The position numbers and the translations under genes are program-made. Below are positions 10,201-17,799 of a stretch of 64,000 bases of DNA, piece by piece. The stretch is from a virus. Taxonomy: Duplodnaviria > Caudoviricetes. The stretch's first letter is position 1. The number at the start of each line of letters is the position of its first letter. The DNA lies in IMG/VR virus record IMGVR_UViG_3300009092_000002, positions 12,504 through 76,503 of that record; one strand, written 5' to 3'. The notes under the pieces are model-generated. The model did no database searches. It was not told where the DNA came from and saw only the letters and a list, made by a program, of their open reading frames with translations.

Positions 10201-12100
10201 GCTTTTCCTGGATAGTGAATACGCCTTCTTCGATGAGCCGATTAACTACCTCGTGACCACGGTTGCCGCTCAACACTTCCGAGATGGTAGTATCTGGACC
10301 GGACTGCTCAAGGGCTGAGGCGATGTATTCAGTAGCCCTCGGCGACATGCCACGAGCGTCCGTGGTGGATTGTTCGGCGGGCGTTAGTTCAGCGGTTTCC
10401 CGCTTATTCATGTCCGTGACGGCGCGAGACACATCCGACTTAGATGCCAGCTTCCTAACGAGAACAGGCTGCTTCATACTGGCCACGTGACTCGCATCGA
10501 AGCCAAATTGCCCAGCTTTTTCGGAGAGGGTGTTTCTGTAGGCCGCTGCGCCTTCTGGATTGCCCTGATAGACGCGCTGAAGAGTCATCACGCGACTATT
10601 CCCGCCGTACACGTTTCCATTGGAATCTATTACAGGAGGTCCGTTCGTGGCGGTCGGATTATCGTTAACAAGGAACGCCGGATCAAAGCGCGGGGAACTG
10701 TTTATTAAAATGCGTTCTTGGTTGGACGGATCGGCGTAGTTCCGGTCATTGCGAATCTGGTATTCGGGATTCGCCTGGAAAGTGTGGCCGCTATGCGAGG
10801 GCTGGATATCCGCTAGTTCGCGGAGCTCGTACTCGGTTTGGTATCGGGTGTCTTCGCCGGGGACGCGGACTTCGGTGGCGCGACCAACCCTAGTTTCATT
10901 CCTTGCCGGACGCGATCCGAGAACCGACGCGCCTTCTCCAATTCCTCTTGGTAGTTCTGTTCCATACGGTGGGAGTATATCAGAAACCGGGGTAGGTTGT
11001 GGAGTGGATGGCTCTAAGGCTTGTACTGGAACTACCTCTTCTGGTCGAACTACGATAGGCTCACGTGTAGCCTGAGCGGGGACCTTTGAAGCAACTGGCG
11101 GCTCCGGAGTGGAAATCGGCGTCACTTCTTCAGGCCGTACAACCAGCGGACGGCGGGCACTGGGTGCCGTTCCTACCTGTCGCCGCTGCGCCTTCGGAGG
11201 CCCCGGTGCGGAGCCAGCCTTGCCCTCCGCGATCAGATCGTCAATCGCGATCCGATCCGGATTACTGAGTTCCTCCCATTTCACGCCCAGCCGTTGCGCT
11301 GCCGTCTCCCGCGCTGCCTGTCCTCGCGCTACATTCTCTGGGATGCCCGTCTCCGGAACTACCGGCTTGACTGGCGGCTGGAATACTTCGGCGGACTGGC
11401 GCGCTGTCTGTGGTCGCGGAGTTCCTGCGGCGCGGAATACGGCTGCGGATTCTTCGGCGGATTTGAACGGCGCTGGCTCGATAGGTCCAACAGGCTTCGG
11501 GCCAACAGTTTCCGCAACCTTCGCTTCGACTGGCGATCGATGCCCACGGCTCGCCACCAATCCGCCGCCGGCGATTCCAGCCACGTCCGCAATTGGCGCG
11601 GCGTAATCTGGGTCTACGCCGACCGCTTCCAGGCCCTTCTCCGTCCCGTACTGCGCTGCGGCTCCGGTCGCAAGGGCGCGGGCAGTTCCCATGGTCAGCG
11701 GCAGGGGAATGATTCCAGATGCCGCCTCAAGTCCGCCGCGGATCACATCCGATACCCCACGAGACTTAGCCTTTGCTCCCGGCTGGGTAGCAATCTTCTT
11801 GCCGCCGTAAATCATCCGCATCCCGCCTCCGATCACCGGCCCTAGTCCAAAATCGGGAGAGTCGCGGAGTGTCCGGCCTTCGCGGGCCGCCGTGCTGACG
11901 ACTTCCTGTTGCAATTGATCGGGAGTACGTGGATTGAGGCGGCGCTCCTCGTCTGCGGCCTCCTTGCGTTCGTCCTGGGCCTGCAGGCCATAGGGGACTA
12001 GGCGGCGCGGGAGTCGCGGAGCGGATTGCTGGTCGAGTTCCTCCGGACGCACTACCAGCGGCGCTTGGTCGAGTTCGTCGATTCTGACCGTGATTGGCAT
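7205..12100 (-). CDS. Large DNA-ejection/internal virion polyvalent protein (ddrB-like ParB domain + LPD38-like C-terminus)
   Basis: Y-E-L-R-E-L...PSH...NP...Q.R...GPPVI..NG.V..GNSR motif typical of ParB-like domains in polyvalent proteins; C-terminal EKDANFLI...IKLPK resembles LPD38; position after pilot genes. Confidence 0.7.
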   Translation of the reverse strand: MPITVRIDELDQAPLVVRPEELDQQSAPRLPRRLVPYGLQAQDERKEAADEERRLNPRTPDQLQQEVVSTAAREGRTLRDSPDFGLGPVIGGGMRMIYGGKKIATQPGAKAKSRGVSDVIRGGLEAASGIIPLPLTMGTARALATGAAAQYGTEKGLEAVGVDPDYAAPIADVAGIAGGGLVASRGHRSPVEAKVAETVGPKPVGPIEPAPFKSAEESAAVFRAAGTPRPQTARQSAEVFQPPVKPVVPETGIPENVARGQAARETAAQRLGVKWEELSNPDRIAIDDLIAEGKAGSAPGPPKAQRRQVGTAPSARRPLVVRPEEVTPISTPEPPVASKVPAQATREPIVVRPEEVVPVQALEPSTPQPTPVSDILPPYGTELPRGIGEGASVLGSRPARNETRVGRATEVRVPGEDTRYQTEYELRELADIQPSHSGHTFQANPEYQIRNDRNYADPSNQERILINSSPRFDPAFLVNDNPTATNGPPVIDSNGNVYGGNSRVMTLQRVYQGNPEGAAAYRNTLSEKAGQFGFDASHVASMKQPVLVRKLASKSDVSRAVTDMNKRETAELTPAEQSTTDARGMSPRATEYIASALEQSGPDTTISEVLSGNRGHEVVNRLIEEGVFTIQEKPKLVDARTGAVTAHAKERISKMLLGDFFADSDQMQRAEPSLRNKLERIAAPAMTTKGNPEWDLAPKLRESLNLLEYARAHGLKTISDAVRQEDMFGGAPEFSDEAVRLATALRDMTPTALTKAVRQYATEGFDNGTESIFGRSTPKEAFDAAFRNPERGSITINAQAIREKAIDLETQLLDRLAPLRHLVKDKKLTVDSDPYVAARNYAGHYGKIQNRLDQLANILPKGGFWESAIGRRPGLLRDATDYMTLERHVELGSRPDLAATYKIPGGKTVANVQAELAAMEARLGPQKVAEVKRLAQGVRDYSNGILKEAADAGLIGQKAYQSILTKNQKYIPFERLEYLADSVDQMPHGSNSFNVPAQKVIKAISGSEKAIADPVESIIRRTAKTISLIERNKVAEKVASLATDPQFKGIVEPVGKGGFVPAGMDKMAVLRNGVKYEYAVPKNVGKALKGMTTESADLITKWASKSAAALRAGATSLNVAFIPANAVRDFQTATIVSKVGFTPADWIRGFAESVNHGKDFQSYMESGASFSGYFGSQKALPSAARQLTQPLSLKAAKTILNPVELLRYSAEHIEMAPRLGVYKRALRQGLSETEAAFNSRNATVDFAKSGTTLKIVNQWVPFLNARTQGTVNMLGAIKGQPKRAALGLAAIVGAPVVATYLNNTRNHKDVWDDISQYEKDANFLIIYGDAKDEKGNYTQVIKLPKGDAKAFGNPLENFLSYLDKNNPKALDVLATQVLSDLSPVPFERNGKFSGGAVASGTLPPLVKAGVEGITNKNLYTDREIVPTRGPYGDLTKASPENQYTADTPSGFVKAGELTGVSPMKIQNAVATQFGGLGRQISSPSTAGKQISGRFSGAHGGEQETQRFDDLKQVETAVTDENVALARKAQTLYAELSGIPPAERGKRVREMKLDDETLGAIEKIIERQNSDLSRFEAHIRTSPVKTRARFIVQKLTDIPPAERSRIFQDWIDKKIITPSVIEGIEAEIAARP

Positions 12101-13345
12101 TTAGTTATCGAGAACGAGCGTCCCGTCCGGATTTACGCTTAGAACTTTGTGCGGCTTGCCTTTATAGTTCACAGGGTCGCCTGGTTTGTACTTAGATCCA
12201 CCCGCCGAGGGCGACGGAGACGCGGAACCGCCGCCCAGGAACTTTTCCATCGCTGGAGACAACTTGCTCTTCTTTTTAGGAGAGCGCTGCGTTAGCTGGC
12301 GCTCTACTCCAGCGAAAGCGGCCGGATCGTCCGCCAGGAGGCTCTTAGCTTCGGCGACCGCCGCTTCCAGGTTGTCGCCGTGCTTCATGCGGAGCTGGCC
12401 GACCACCTCGTTTATTTCCCGCGTCAATACTTGGTTGGGCGTGCTGCCGGCCTCGGTCTTAGTTTTTCCGATTCTGCCTAGCGGAAGCTTGCCACCTGGG
12501 GAGCTCGCAACCTCGGTAGGCTTTACAGATACGGCTGTGACGTTCCCTTGGTTGTCCGATTCAAAATGCGTAATGGGCTTCTCAGGGTGAAGTTGGTTAT
12601 ACGTGTCCCTAAGGGAATCCAGTTGCGCCTTCTTCTGCTCCGGTGGTGCGTCACTGCGGAATATTTCCAATGCCTGCCCTTCGATGGTTCTCGCGGGCGC
12701 AGGGGCGTTAGGCTTTCCGGTACGCGCCGTCCTGAAGCCGGTTGGATCGCTAGCGTCGGGCACGATCAGATTCTTAGTAGGGTCATGTTGAATCGGATCA
12801 GGCGGCTTTGGACCCACTGCTGCCAGGGCCCTCGCCCTCACCTCCTGTCCTTCGTAAGCCCCTGCGTGAGCACGCTTGAGCGCTAGGTCGGCTTCCTGAT
12901 CCTCTGCTGCTCGTTGCGACGTTACCTTGTTGCCTTCGATCTGCGCTTGCTGCCCGTATGTATCGAGTCTCCGCTTCCAATCGTCAGTACGTCGCCGGAA
13001 TCCTGCTTCCCCGGTTACGCCTTCGACTGCGGCCTGCGTATCGCGCGGGTCGATGCGCGTCCGTCCGCTGGCATTGATGAATCCAGCCCCACCACCAATA
13101 AGCCCAGCCGCAAGACGCTGCCACCCTGACGGTGCTTGGCGCTCCGGACGCTCTCCTAGCGTCTGCTTTACTTTATCCATCGCGGCGCTGAATTCCGGAC
13201 TGAGCACACGACTGGAACGCGGCACAGTGATCGGTGTGGGCGAAGAGGCAGGCGCTTCCTCGGGATCATTCGGATACGTACGCATGGTGCGCAGTGGGTT
13301 ATCGCGAGGGAGGAGATCGTCCTCTTCTGGATATAAAAAGCTCAT
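12101..13345 (-). CDS. Ejection/internal virion protein
   Basis: Ala/Gly/Pro-rich with GLIGGGAG segment; position in ejection cluster. Confidence 0.55.
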   Translation of the reverse strand: MSFLYPEEDDLLPRDNPLRTMRTYPNDPEEAPASSPTPITVPRSSRVLSPEFSAAMDKVKQTLGERPERQAPSGWQRLAAGLIGGGAGFINASGRTRIDPRDTQAAVEGVTGEAGFRRRTDDWKRRLDTYGQQAQIEGNKVTSQRAAEDQEADLALKRAHAGAYEGQEVRARALAAVGPKPPDPIQHDPTKNLIVPDASDPTGFRTARTGKPNAPAPARTIEGQALEIFRSDAPPEQKKAQLDSLRDTYNQLHPEKPITHFESDNQGNVTAVSVKPTEVASSPGGKLPLGRIGKTKTEAGSTPNQVLTREINEVVGQLRMKHGDNLEAAVAEAKSLLADDPAAFAGVERQLTQRSPKKKSKLSPAMEKFLGGGSASPSPSAGGSKYKPGDPVNYKGKPHKVLSVNPDGTLVLDN

Positions 13346-13351
13346 GCGTCC

Positions 13352-14779
13352 TTACGGCTTTGCTCCAAAATAAGCGCCGACTCCACCCGCAACTGCGCCG
13401 GTCAATTTCTCCCACCACTTGGGCTGATTGTCCTGATTCGCCTGCGCCTGCACAGTGCCTTGCTGCAAACCGCCCTGCGTACCGTACAATCCGATCTGCT
13501 GGCCAGCCGCTGCATTCTCGTTGCCGCTCGCCACATCGCTCTGATGGGTCAGATATCCGCGACCTTCCTGCGCTTCCTTGAGCCGCTGTTGCGCGACCTG
13601 AGCGTTCCTGTTCGACAGCTCTGAATCGACCGCCGCGCCACGGTAGAACTGGTTTTGCTGATTTTCCTGCGACGTCCGCGCCCTCTGCTCGGCAATGATG
13701 CGTTGACGCTCTGCCGCGTCTTTCTCCTGCCCGACGGCAAGTTCCGTTCCGAGCCCTTGGTTGTACTGATCAACGTTGCGCCTCTGCGCGTTGATCTGCT
13801 GCTCTCCGGCGATATCTGCCTGTCCGGAAACCTGCGCAGCGTTCGTATTGCGGTCGCCGATATCGCGCGCTGTATCAAGACGCAGCGCCTCCATGCGGTC
13901 CTGCGCCGTAAGTCTCCGTCCGCCGAGCGCGAGTTCGTTACTGGACCCAATCTCGGCCGCAGTCGTTTCACCGGCGCGCCGGCCCTTTTCGATATCGCTC
14001 TCCCGTCCCGCCGCTGCGTCGCTGGCGTAAATGCGGGCCTTGGTGGCAGCGTCTCCAGCCGCCCCTCCACTCTCGCGCAACAGGCGCTCCTTCATGGCCG
14101 CGATACCACCGGGATCAACTCCAGCCGCTCGACCCTGCCGCTCCAGATCACCCATCGCCGCACGATAGCCGGTTCCCGCCGATATCCCAGCGCCAGTTAC
14201 GATGTCCTGTTTTTCCTGATCGGACATCCGCACGCGGTCGGCATAGCCGGGGTCCTGCCTCAGTCGGTCAGGATCTGCCGCTCCACGTACCCGATCCTCG
14301 GAGGTGTCGAGCGTTTCGTTAACGCCAGGTACGTAGTCTTCCGATAGCCGCAGATCCGGTTCATTTATGGAACTATACAGGCCGGAGCGCAGCCCGCCGC
14401 GCGCCTGCCGCTGGAATACCTCGCTCGTGTTCTGGTTGTCGTTCGAGTAATCCGGGTTGTAGTATTTTTCCCGCTCGTAGCCCTTTCCGGCGATGGCTTC
14501 CTTTTCAGCGTCATTGAAATAGTTGACGTTGTAGGCGGTGTCGCTCGGGAGAATACCCTGTAGTTCCTGTTCGCGGATGATGGCATCGCGCTCTTCGGGA
14601 GAATAGCCGCCCCTGCCCCCAATGAGTGGATCGTACGCCTCGTCGCCGTAGGAACGGTAAAACCTGCCTGCTTGGCTGGCGTTGGTAGCGCGGTCTTGCG
14701 CTTGATTGGCAAGATTGCCGCCTTGTCCATAAATCCATCCTCGATCCTGGGCAATAAAGTCTTTGGCGTTAACTGCCAT
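13352..14779 (-). CDS. DNA-transfer/pilot protein (P22 gp7 / T7 gp14-like position)
   Basis: Gln/Ala/Gly-rich helical sequence with C-terminal KWWEKLTGAVAGGVGAYFG hydrophobic tail. Confidence 0.6.
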   Translation of the reverse strand: MAVNAKDFIAQDRGWIYGQGGNLANQAQDRATNASQAGRFYRSYGDEAYDPLIGGRGGYSPEERDAIIREQELQGILPSDTAYNVNYFNDAEKEAIAGKGYEREKYYNPDYSNDNQNTSEVFQRQARGGLRSGLYSSINEPDLRLSEDYVPGVNETLDTSEDRVRGAADPDRLRQDPGYADRVRMSDQEKQDIVTGAGISAGTGYRAAMGDLERQGRAAGVDPGGIAAMKERLLRESGGAAGDAATKARIYASDAAAGRESDIEKGRRAGETTAAEIGSSNELALGGRRLTAQDRMEALRLDTARDIGDRNTNAAQVSGQADIAGEQQINAQRRNVDQYNQGLGTELAVGQEKDAAERQRIIAEQRARTSQENQQNQFYRGAAVDSELSNRNAQVAQQRLKEAQEGRGYLTHQSDVASGNENAAAGQQIGLYGTQGGLQQGTVQAQANQDNQPKWWEKLTGAVAGGVGAYFGAKP

Positions 14780-14789
14780 GATCCCTCCG

Positions 14790-15089
14790 CTACCTTTTCT
14801 CCGCAGGCTTCTGCCAGGTCATGGTTTTGAAATCAATCACGCAGCCCGAACATTTGGCGTTCTGAATCTGCTCGATTGCCTTCGCTGCAGACTCGCTGGC
14901 ATTCTTGAAGGCTTTCTCTTTTTCGTAGTAAGCCGCAAGCGCCGTCGCCATGTCCGCACGGGCCTCGGAGACCGAGAGCTGAAGTTCGCGAACTGAACGA
15001 ACCTCCGGGTCGGAGAGCTTTTCTGCCTCTGACTTGTCGGCGGAGAAAAGTGACCCGCAGAGGAGCGCTACTAAAATTGTAATTTTCAT
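14790..15089 (-). CDS. Small exported coiled-coil protein with C-terminal CxxC
   Basis: Signal peptide MKITILVALLCGSLFSA; heptads; CSGC...IDFKTMTW. Confidence 0.65.
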   Translation of the reverse strand: MKITILVALLCGSLFSADKSEAEKLSDPEVRSVRELQLSVSEARADMATALAAYYEKEKAFKNASESAAKAIEQIQNAKCSGCVIDFKTMTWQKPAEKR

Positions 15090-15115
15090 AGGATGCGTTC
15101 TAGTACTTCCCTTGG

Positions 15116-15144
15116 TTGCAAGTTACCGCAAATTGCGGTATGCT
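15116..15144 (+). promoter_or_regulatory. sigma70-type promoter with palindromic operator
   Basis: TTGCAA(15116-21)-17 nt-TATGCT(15139-44); perfect inverted repeat TACCGCA-AAT-TGCGGTA at 15124-15140. Confidence 0.7.
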
Positions 15145-15157
15145 TGCGCTTGTGAGT

Positions 15158-15319
15158 ATGGCAAATGACTACAAGTGCTTTAAGGTTGCGACTAGCGTCA
15201 GGTTGACACCGGAAGCCCTGCGCCTCTGGGCGGCGCTCGCGAAAAAACTTGGATTGACGAAAAGCGCCTGCCTGGAACTGGCAATACGAAAAATGGCCGA
15301 ACTCAGCAAAATCGAGTAG
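15158..15319 (+). CDS. Ribbon-helix-helix (CopG/Arc-like) repressor
   Basis: TSVRLTPE...LAKKLGLTKSACLELAIR matches the RHH beta-alpha-alpha pattern. Confidence 0.75.
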   Translation: MANDYKCFKVATSVRLTPEALRLWAALAKKLGLTKSACLELAIRKMAELSKIE

Positions 15320-15326
15320 GTACCCC

Positions 15327-15863
15327 ATGCGGTTGCTGATCTGTTTAACGTTTTGTGTTGCGTCGATCGCCCAAGAGCCCGAAACCGAGATGGATATTCA
15401 CGGAACCTGCACCATCACCGGCATCCGAAACGCGACGGACGGAACAACGGCCACCTGGACGGATCGCTGCAACCTTGAAACCATGACCCCCAAGGCCGGA
15501 TTCAACAACCTGTATAGGATTGTCGTGAAGCTCTCCATGTCAGCGCCCATCGCCACAGACCTTCCGGCGATCCATGATTTTGTGAAGGCGCAGAACACAA
15601 CCGCCGGAAACGTCATCTTTACGTCAATGCTTTGGGGGAAGATCACCGTTTCACCTAACAGCCCGACCCTTCGCGCCGCTCTCGCATCCCGAGCGCCGGC
15701 CTTTGAAGTTCGCCCCCAAGTCCTATATATTTCGATGTTGAACGAATCCACATTGGAAATTCGCGTAGAAGAAAAGTATGAAGACTTCGACGGAAAGACG
15801 CCACTCCTGCCGTGGCAGTTGCGGTACGTTGAATCGTTCCGAAGATTCTCATTTTCCCGCTAG
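15327..15863 (+). CDS. Exported protein of unknown function (moron cargo)
   Basis: Signal peptide MRLLICLTFCVASIAQ; downstream of RHH gene on the anti-late strand. Confidence 0.65.
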   Translation: MRLLICLTFCVASIAQEPETEMDIHGTCTITGIRNATDGTTATWTDRCNLETMTPKAGFNNLYRIVVKLSMSAPIATDLPAIHDFVKAQNTTAGNVIFTSMLWGKITVSPNSPTLRAALASRAPAFEVRPQVLYISMLNESTLEIRVEEKYEDFDGKTPLLPWQLRYVESFRRFSFSR

Positions 15864-17353
15864 CAAGTTGATGCGTATATTACGCCACCATTGATCGAAA
15901 TGGTGCAATCGCTAACCCCACCGCTATCGCGAACAGAAAGGACACCTGTAAAGTTTCCGCTCGAAGTTGTGATTCCGTTTGTGGCGTTGATGATGTCGGC
16001 GTAGACAACAAGGGGTCGGAGGCTGGAACTACCAAGGGTATAAGCGCCCGTTGTACCGGGGAGAAAGTTACCAGAGGTGTCAATTTCCCAGCGCTTCGAC
16101 GCGGACGTAAAGAACGCCAGCGGCAAGTACGTTCCGGAGCCGGTCTTTGAAGATGCGACGGCAACGTAGTTGCTGGCGATGGCCGCGAACGACCCGATGG
16201 AGGCATTTGTTGCGGCGGTCGCCGAGACAAAGGCGTCCTTGCTAATGATCGCGCCAGCGTTATAGGACACGTCGGTGGATGTCAGGTTTCCATACAATCC
16301 GCCATCCACGGTGATGCGAAATCTTTCTGCCGAGTTCGTAAAGATCGCAATCGGCAGATCGGTTCCAGATCCGGTATGGTTCGAGCCGATAGCGACATAG
16401 CTTCCACCTATTGCAGAGAACGATCCAACCGAGGCGTTGGTTGTGGCTGACGCGCTATAGAATCCTTGGCTGGATATAAACGCGCCTGGACTATAGGAAA
16501 CATCCGTCGAAGTTAGGTTTCCCAGTAACCCTCCGGCTGTCGTCATCCTAAAATAAATAGACCCATTCGTATAGAAGGAAATAGGGTTAGCGCCGTTAGT
16601 TCCGATCAGGAATGTGCTAGGCCCCACTACGGCCGATCCGTTAGCGAACCCCACTAGGCCCTTTGAACTCGCTGATGAATCCAAAAATTCAACCGCTGAG
16701 TATCCTGCGGTGTTGCTGTTTTCCACACGCACCACGGAATTTCCAGAAGAGTTCCGGTGGAAGTAACTTAGGCCCGTCACATCCATATCGTGGCCAAAGT
16801 ACTGGTTCCAGCGATGAGTGATGTTTCCGAGCTTCCACGTCACGTCATCGAACGGAACAAAGTCTCGACCTACGCAGGTTCCCGGAGCGCCTGCATCCGT
16901 TCCGCCGATGCACTTGAAGTAGATCGTGTTGTCATTCTTGCGAATCTCAAAGGAGTTCCCAGTAGTAGTGCCTGCTGGATCTCTAATGATGAGACCTGCC
17001 ACGTCAACACGCGGCGTCTCAACAAACACTGAAGCGTTCGCGGCCACGTTTCCGGGCTGCAGTACAATATTGCCGTTACTGGTTCCAGATCCGATAATCG
17101 TTAAAGATTGGCCCAGCCCGTCGCAATTTAGAGGGAACCTGCAAAAGCCATTTGCCGATATAGAGTCCGGTGCCCTTAGTCCGAGATAGTTCACGCCGTT
17201 TACTTGGCGCTCCCTAAAGCGCAGTTCGCCAACCGCAGATCCGTCAGCCAGCGGAAGAATAGTTACCTGAGCGCTCCTTACCTGGCCGGAGGCCGAAGAT
17301 GCCACTAATAGTAGGGCTAGTCCCCAAGGAGCGGAACGGCAACGTTTGACCAT
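15860..17353 (-). CDS. Tail fibre-like protein with N-terminal signal-like segment and ~78-aa internal tandem duplication
   Basis: Likely start MVKRCRSAPWGLALLLVASSASGQ (ATG 17353); repeated GNLTSTDVSY...TNAS.GSF.AI...TGSGT.LP. Confidence 0.65.
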   Translation of the reverse strand: MVKRCRSAPWGLALLLVASSASGQVRSAQVTILPLADGSAVGELRFRERQVNGVNYLGLRAPDSISANGFCRFPLNCDGLGQSLTIIGSGTSNGNIVLQPGNVAANASVFVETPRVDVAGLIIRDPAGTTTGNSFEIRKNDNTIYFKCIGGTDAGAPGTCVGRDFVPFDDVTWKLGNITHRWNQYFGHDMDVTGLSYFHRNSSGNSVVRVENSNTAGYSAVEFLDSSASSKGLVGFANGSAVVGPSTFLIGTNGANPISFYTNGSIYFRMTTAGGLLGNLTSTDVSYSPGAFISSQGFYSASATTNASVGSFSAIGGSYVAIGSNHTGSGTDLPIAIFTNSAERFRITVDGGLYGNLTSTDVSYNAGAIISKDAFVSATAATNASIGSFAAIASNYVAVASSKTGSGTYLPLAFFTSASKRWEIDTSGNFLPGTTGAYTLGSSSLRPLVVYADIINATNGITTSSGNFTGVLSVRDSGGVSDCTISINGGVIYASTC

Positions 17354-17799
17354 AGTAGATTTTGGCGAGCCACAAAAATGAACTTGTTCTGCGCCCCTGG
17401 CGTCGTAGAAATGTCCACCGTTGTCGTTGAGACGAATTCCGCCGACCATGTAATTTGCCTGCCGCCTGTCCCATCCTGAACAACGAAAACTGTTAATATG
17501 TCTCCCTCTTTCGGCGTTGGAAGGCCGGTAGAAATTGCTGTCGTCGGAGCGGTGAGGGTAACAGTGAGAACGCTGCTTTTTGGTAACGCCGCGACCAGTA
17601 CGGCGAGAGCGGCGATGCTCGCATTGATGATTGCCAACAGCGCATCGACATCTTCCACCGAGTAAACGTTGAGCCCTGCCAATGCCCGAGTACTGGCGTC
17701 TAACTGGGCCTGGGCCTCCTCTAGCGCCTCTGCCGTCAGATCCGAATCCCGATTCCGCAGTCCACGGATCTGATTCGCGAGAACGCCTAAATCCGCCAT
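17317..17799 (-). CDS. Tail-associated structural protein
   Basis: N-terminal coiled coil; VVQDGTGGRQITW motif seen in phage fibre proteins. Confidence 0.6.
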   Translation of the reverse strand: MADLGVLANQIRGLRNRDSDLTAEALEEAQAQLDASTRALAGLNVYSVEDVDALLAIINASIAALAVLVAALPKSSVLTVTLTAPTTAISTGLPTPKEGDILTVFVVQDGTGGRQITWSAEFVSTTTVDISTTPGAQNKFIFVARQNLLWSNVAVPLLGD

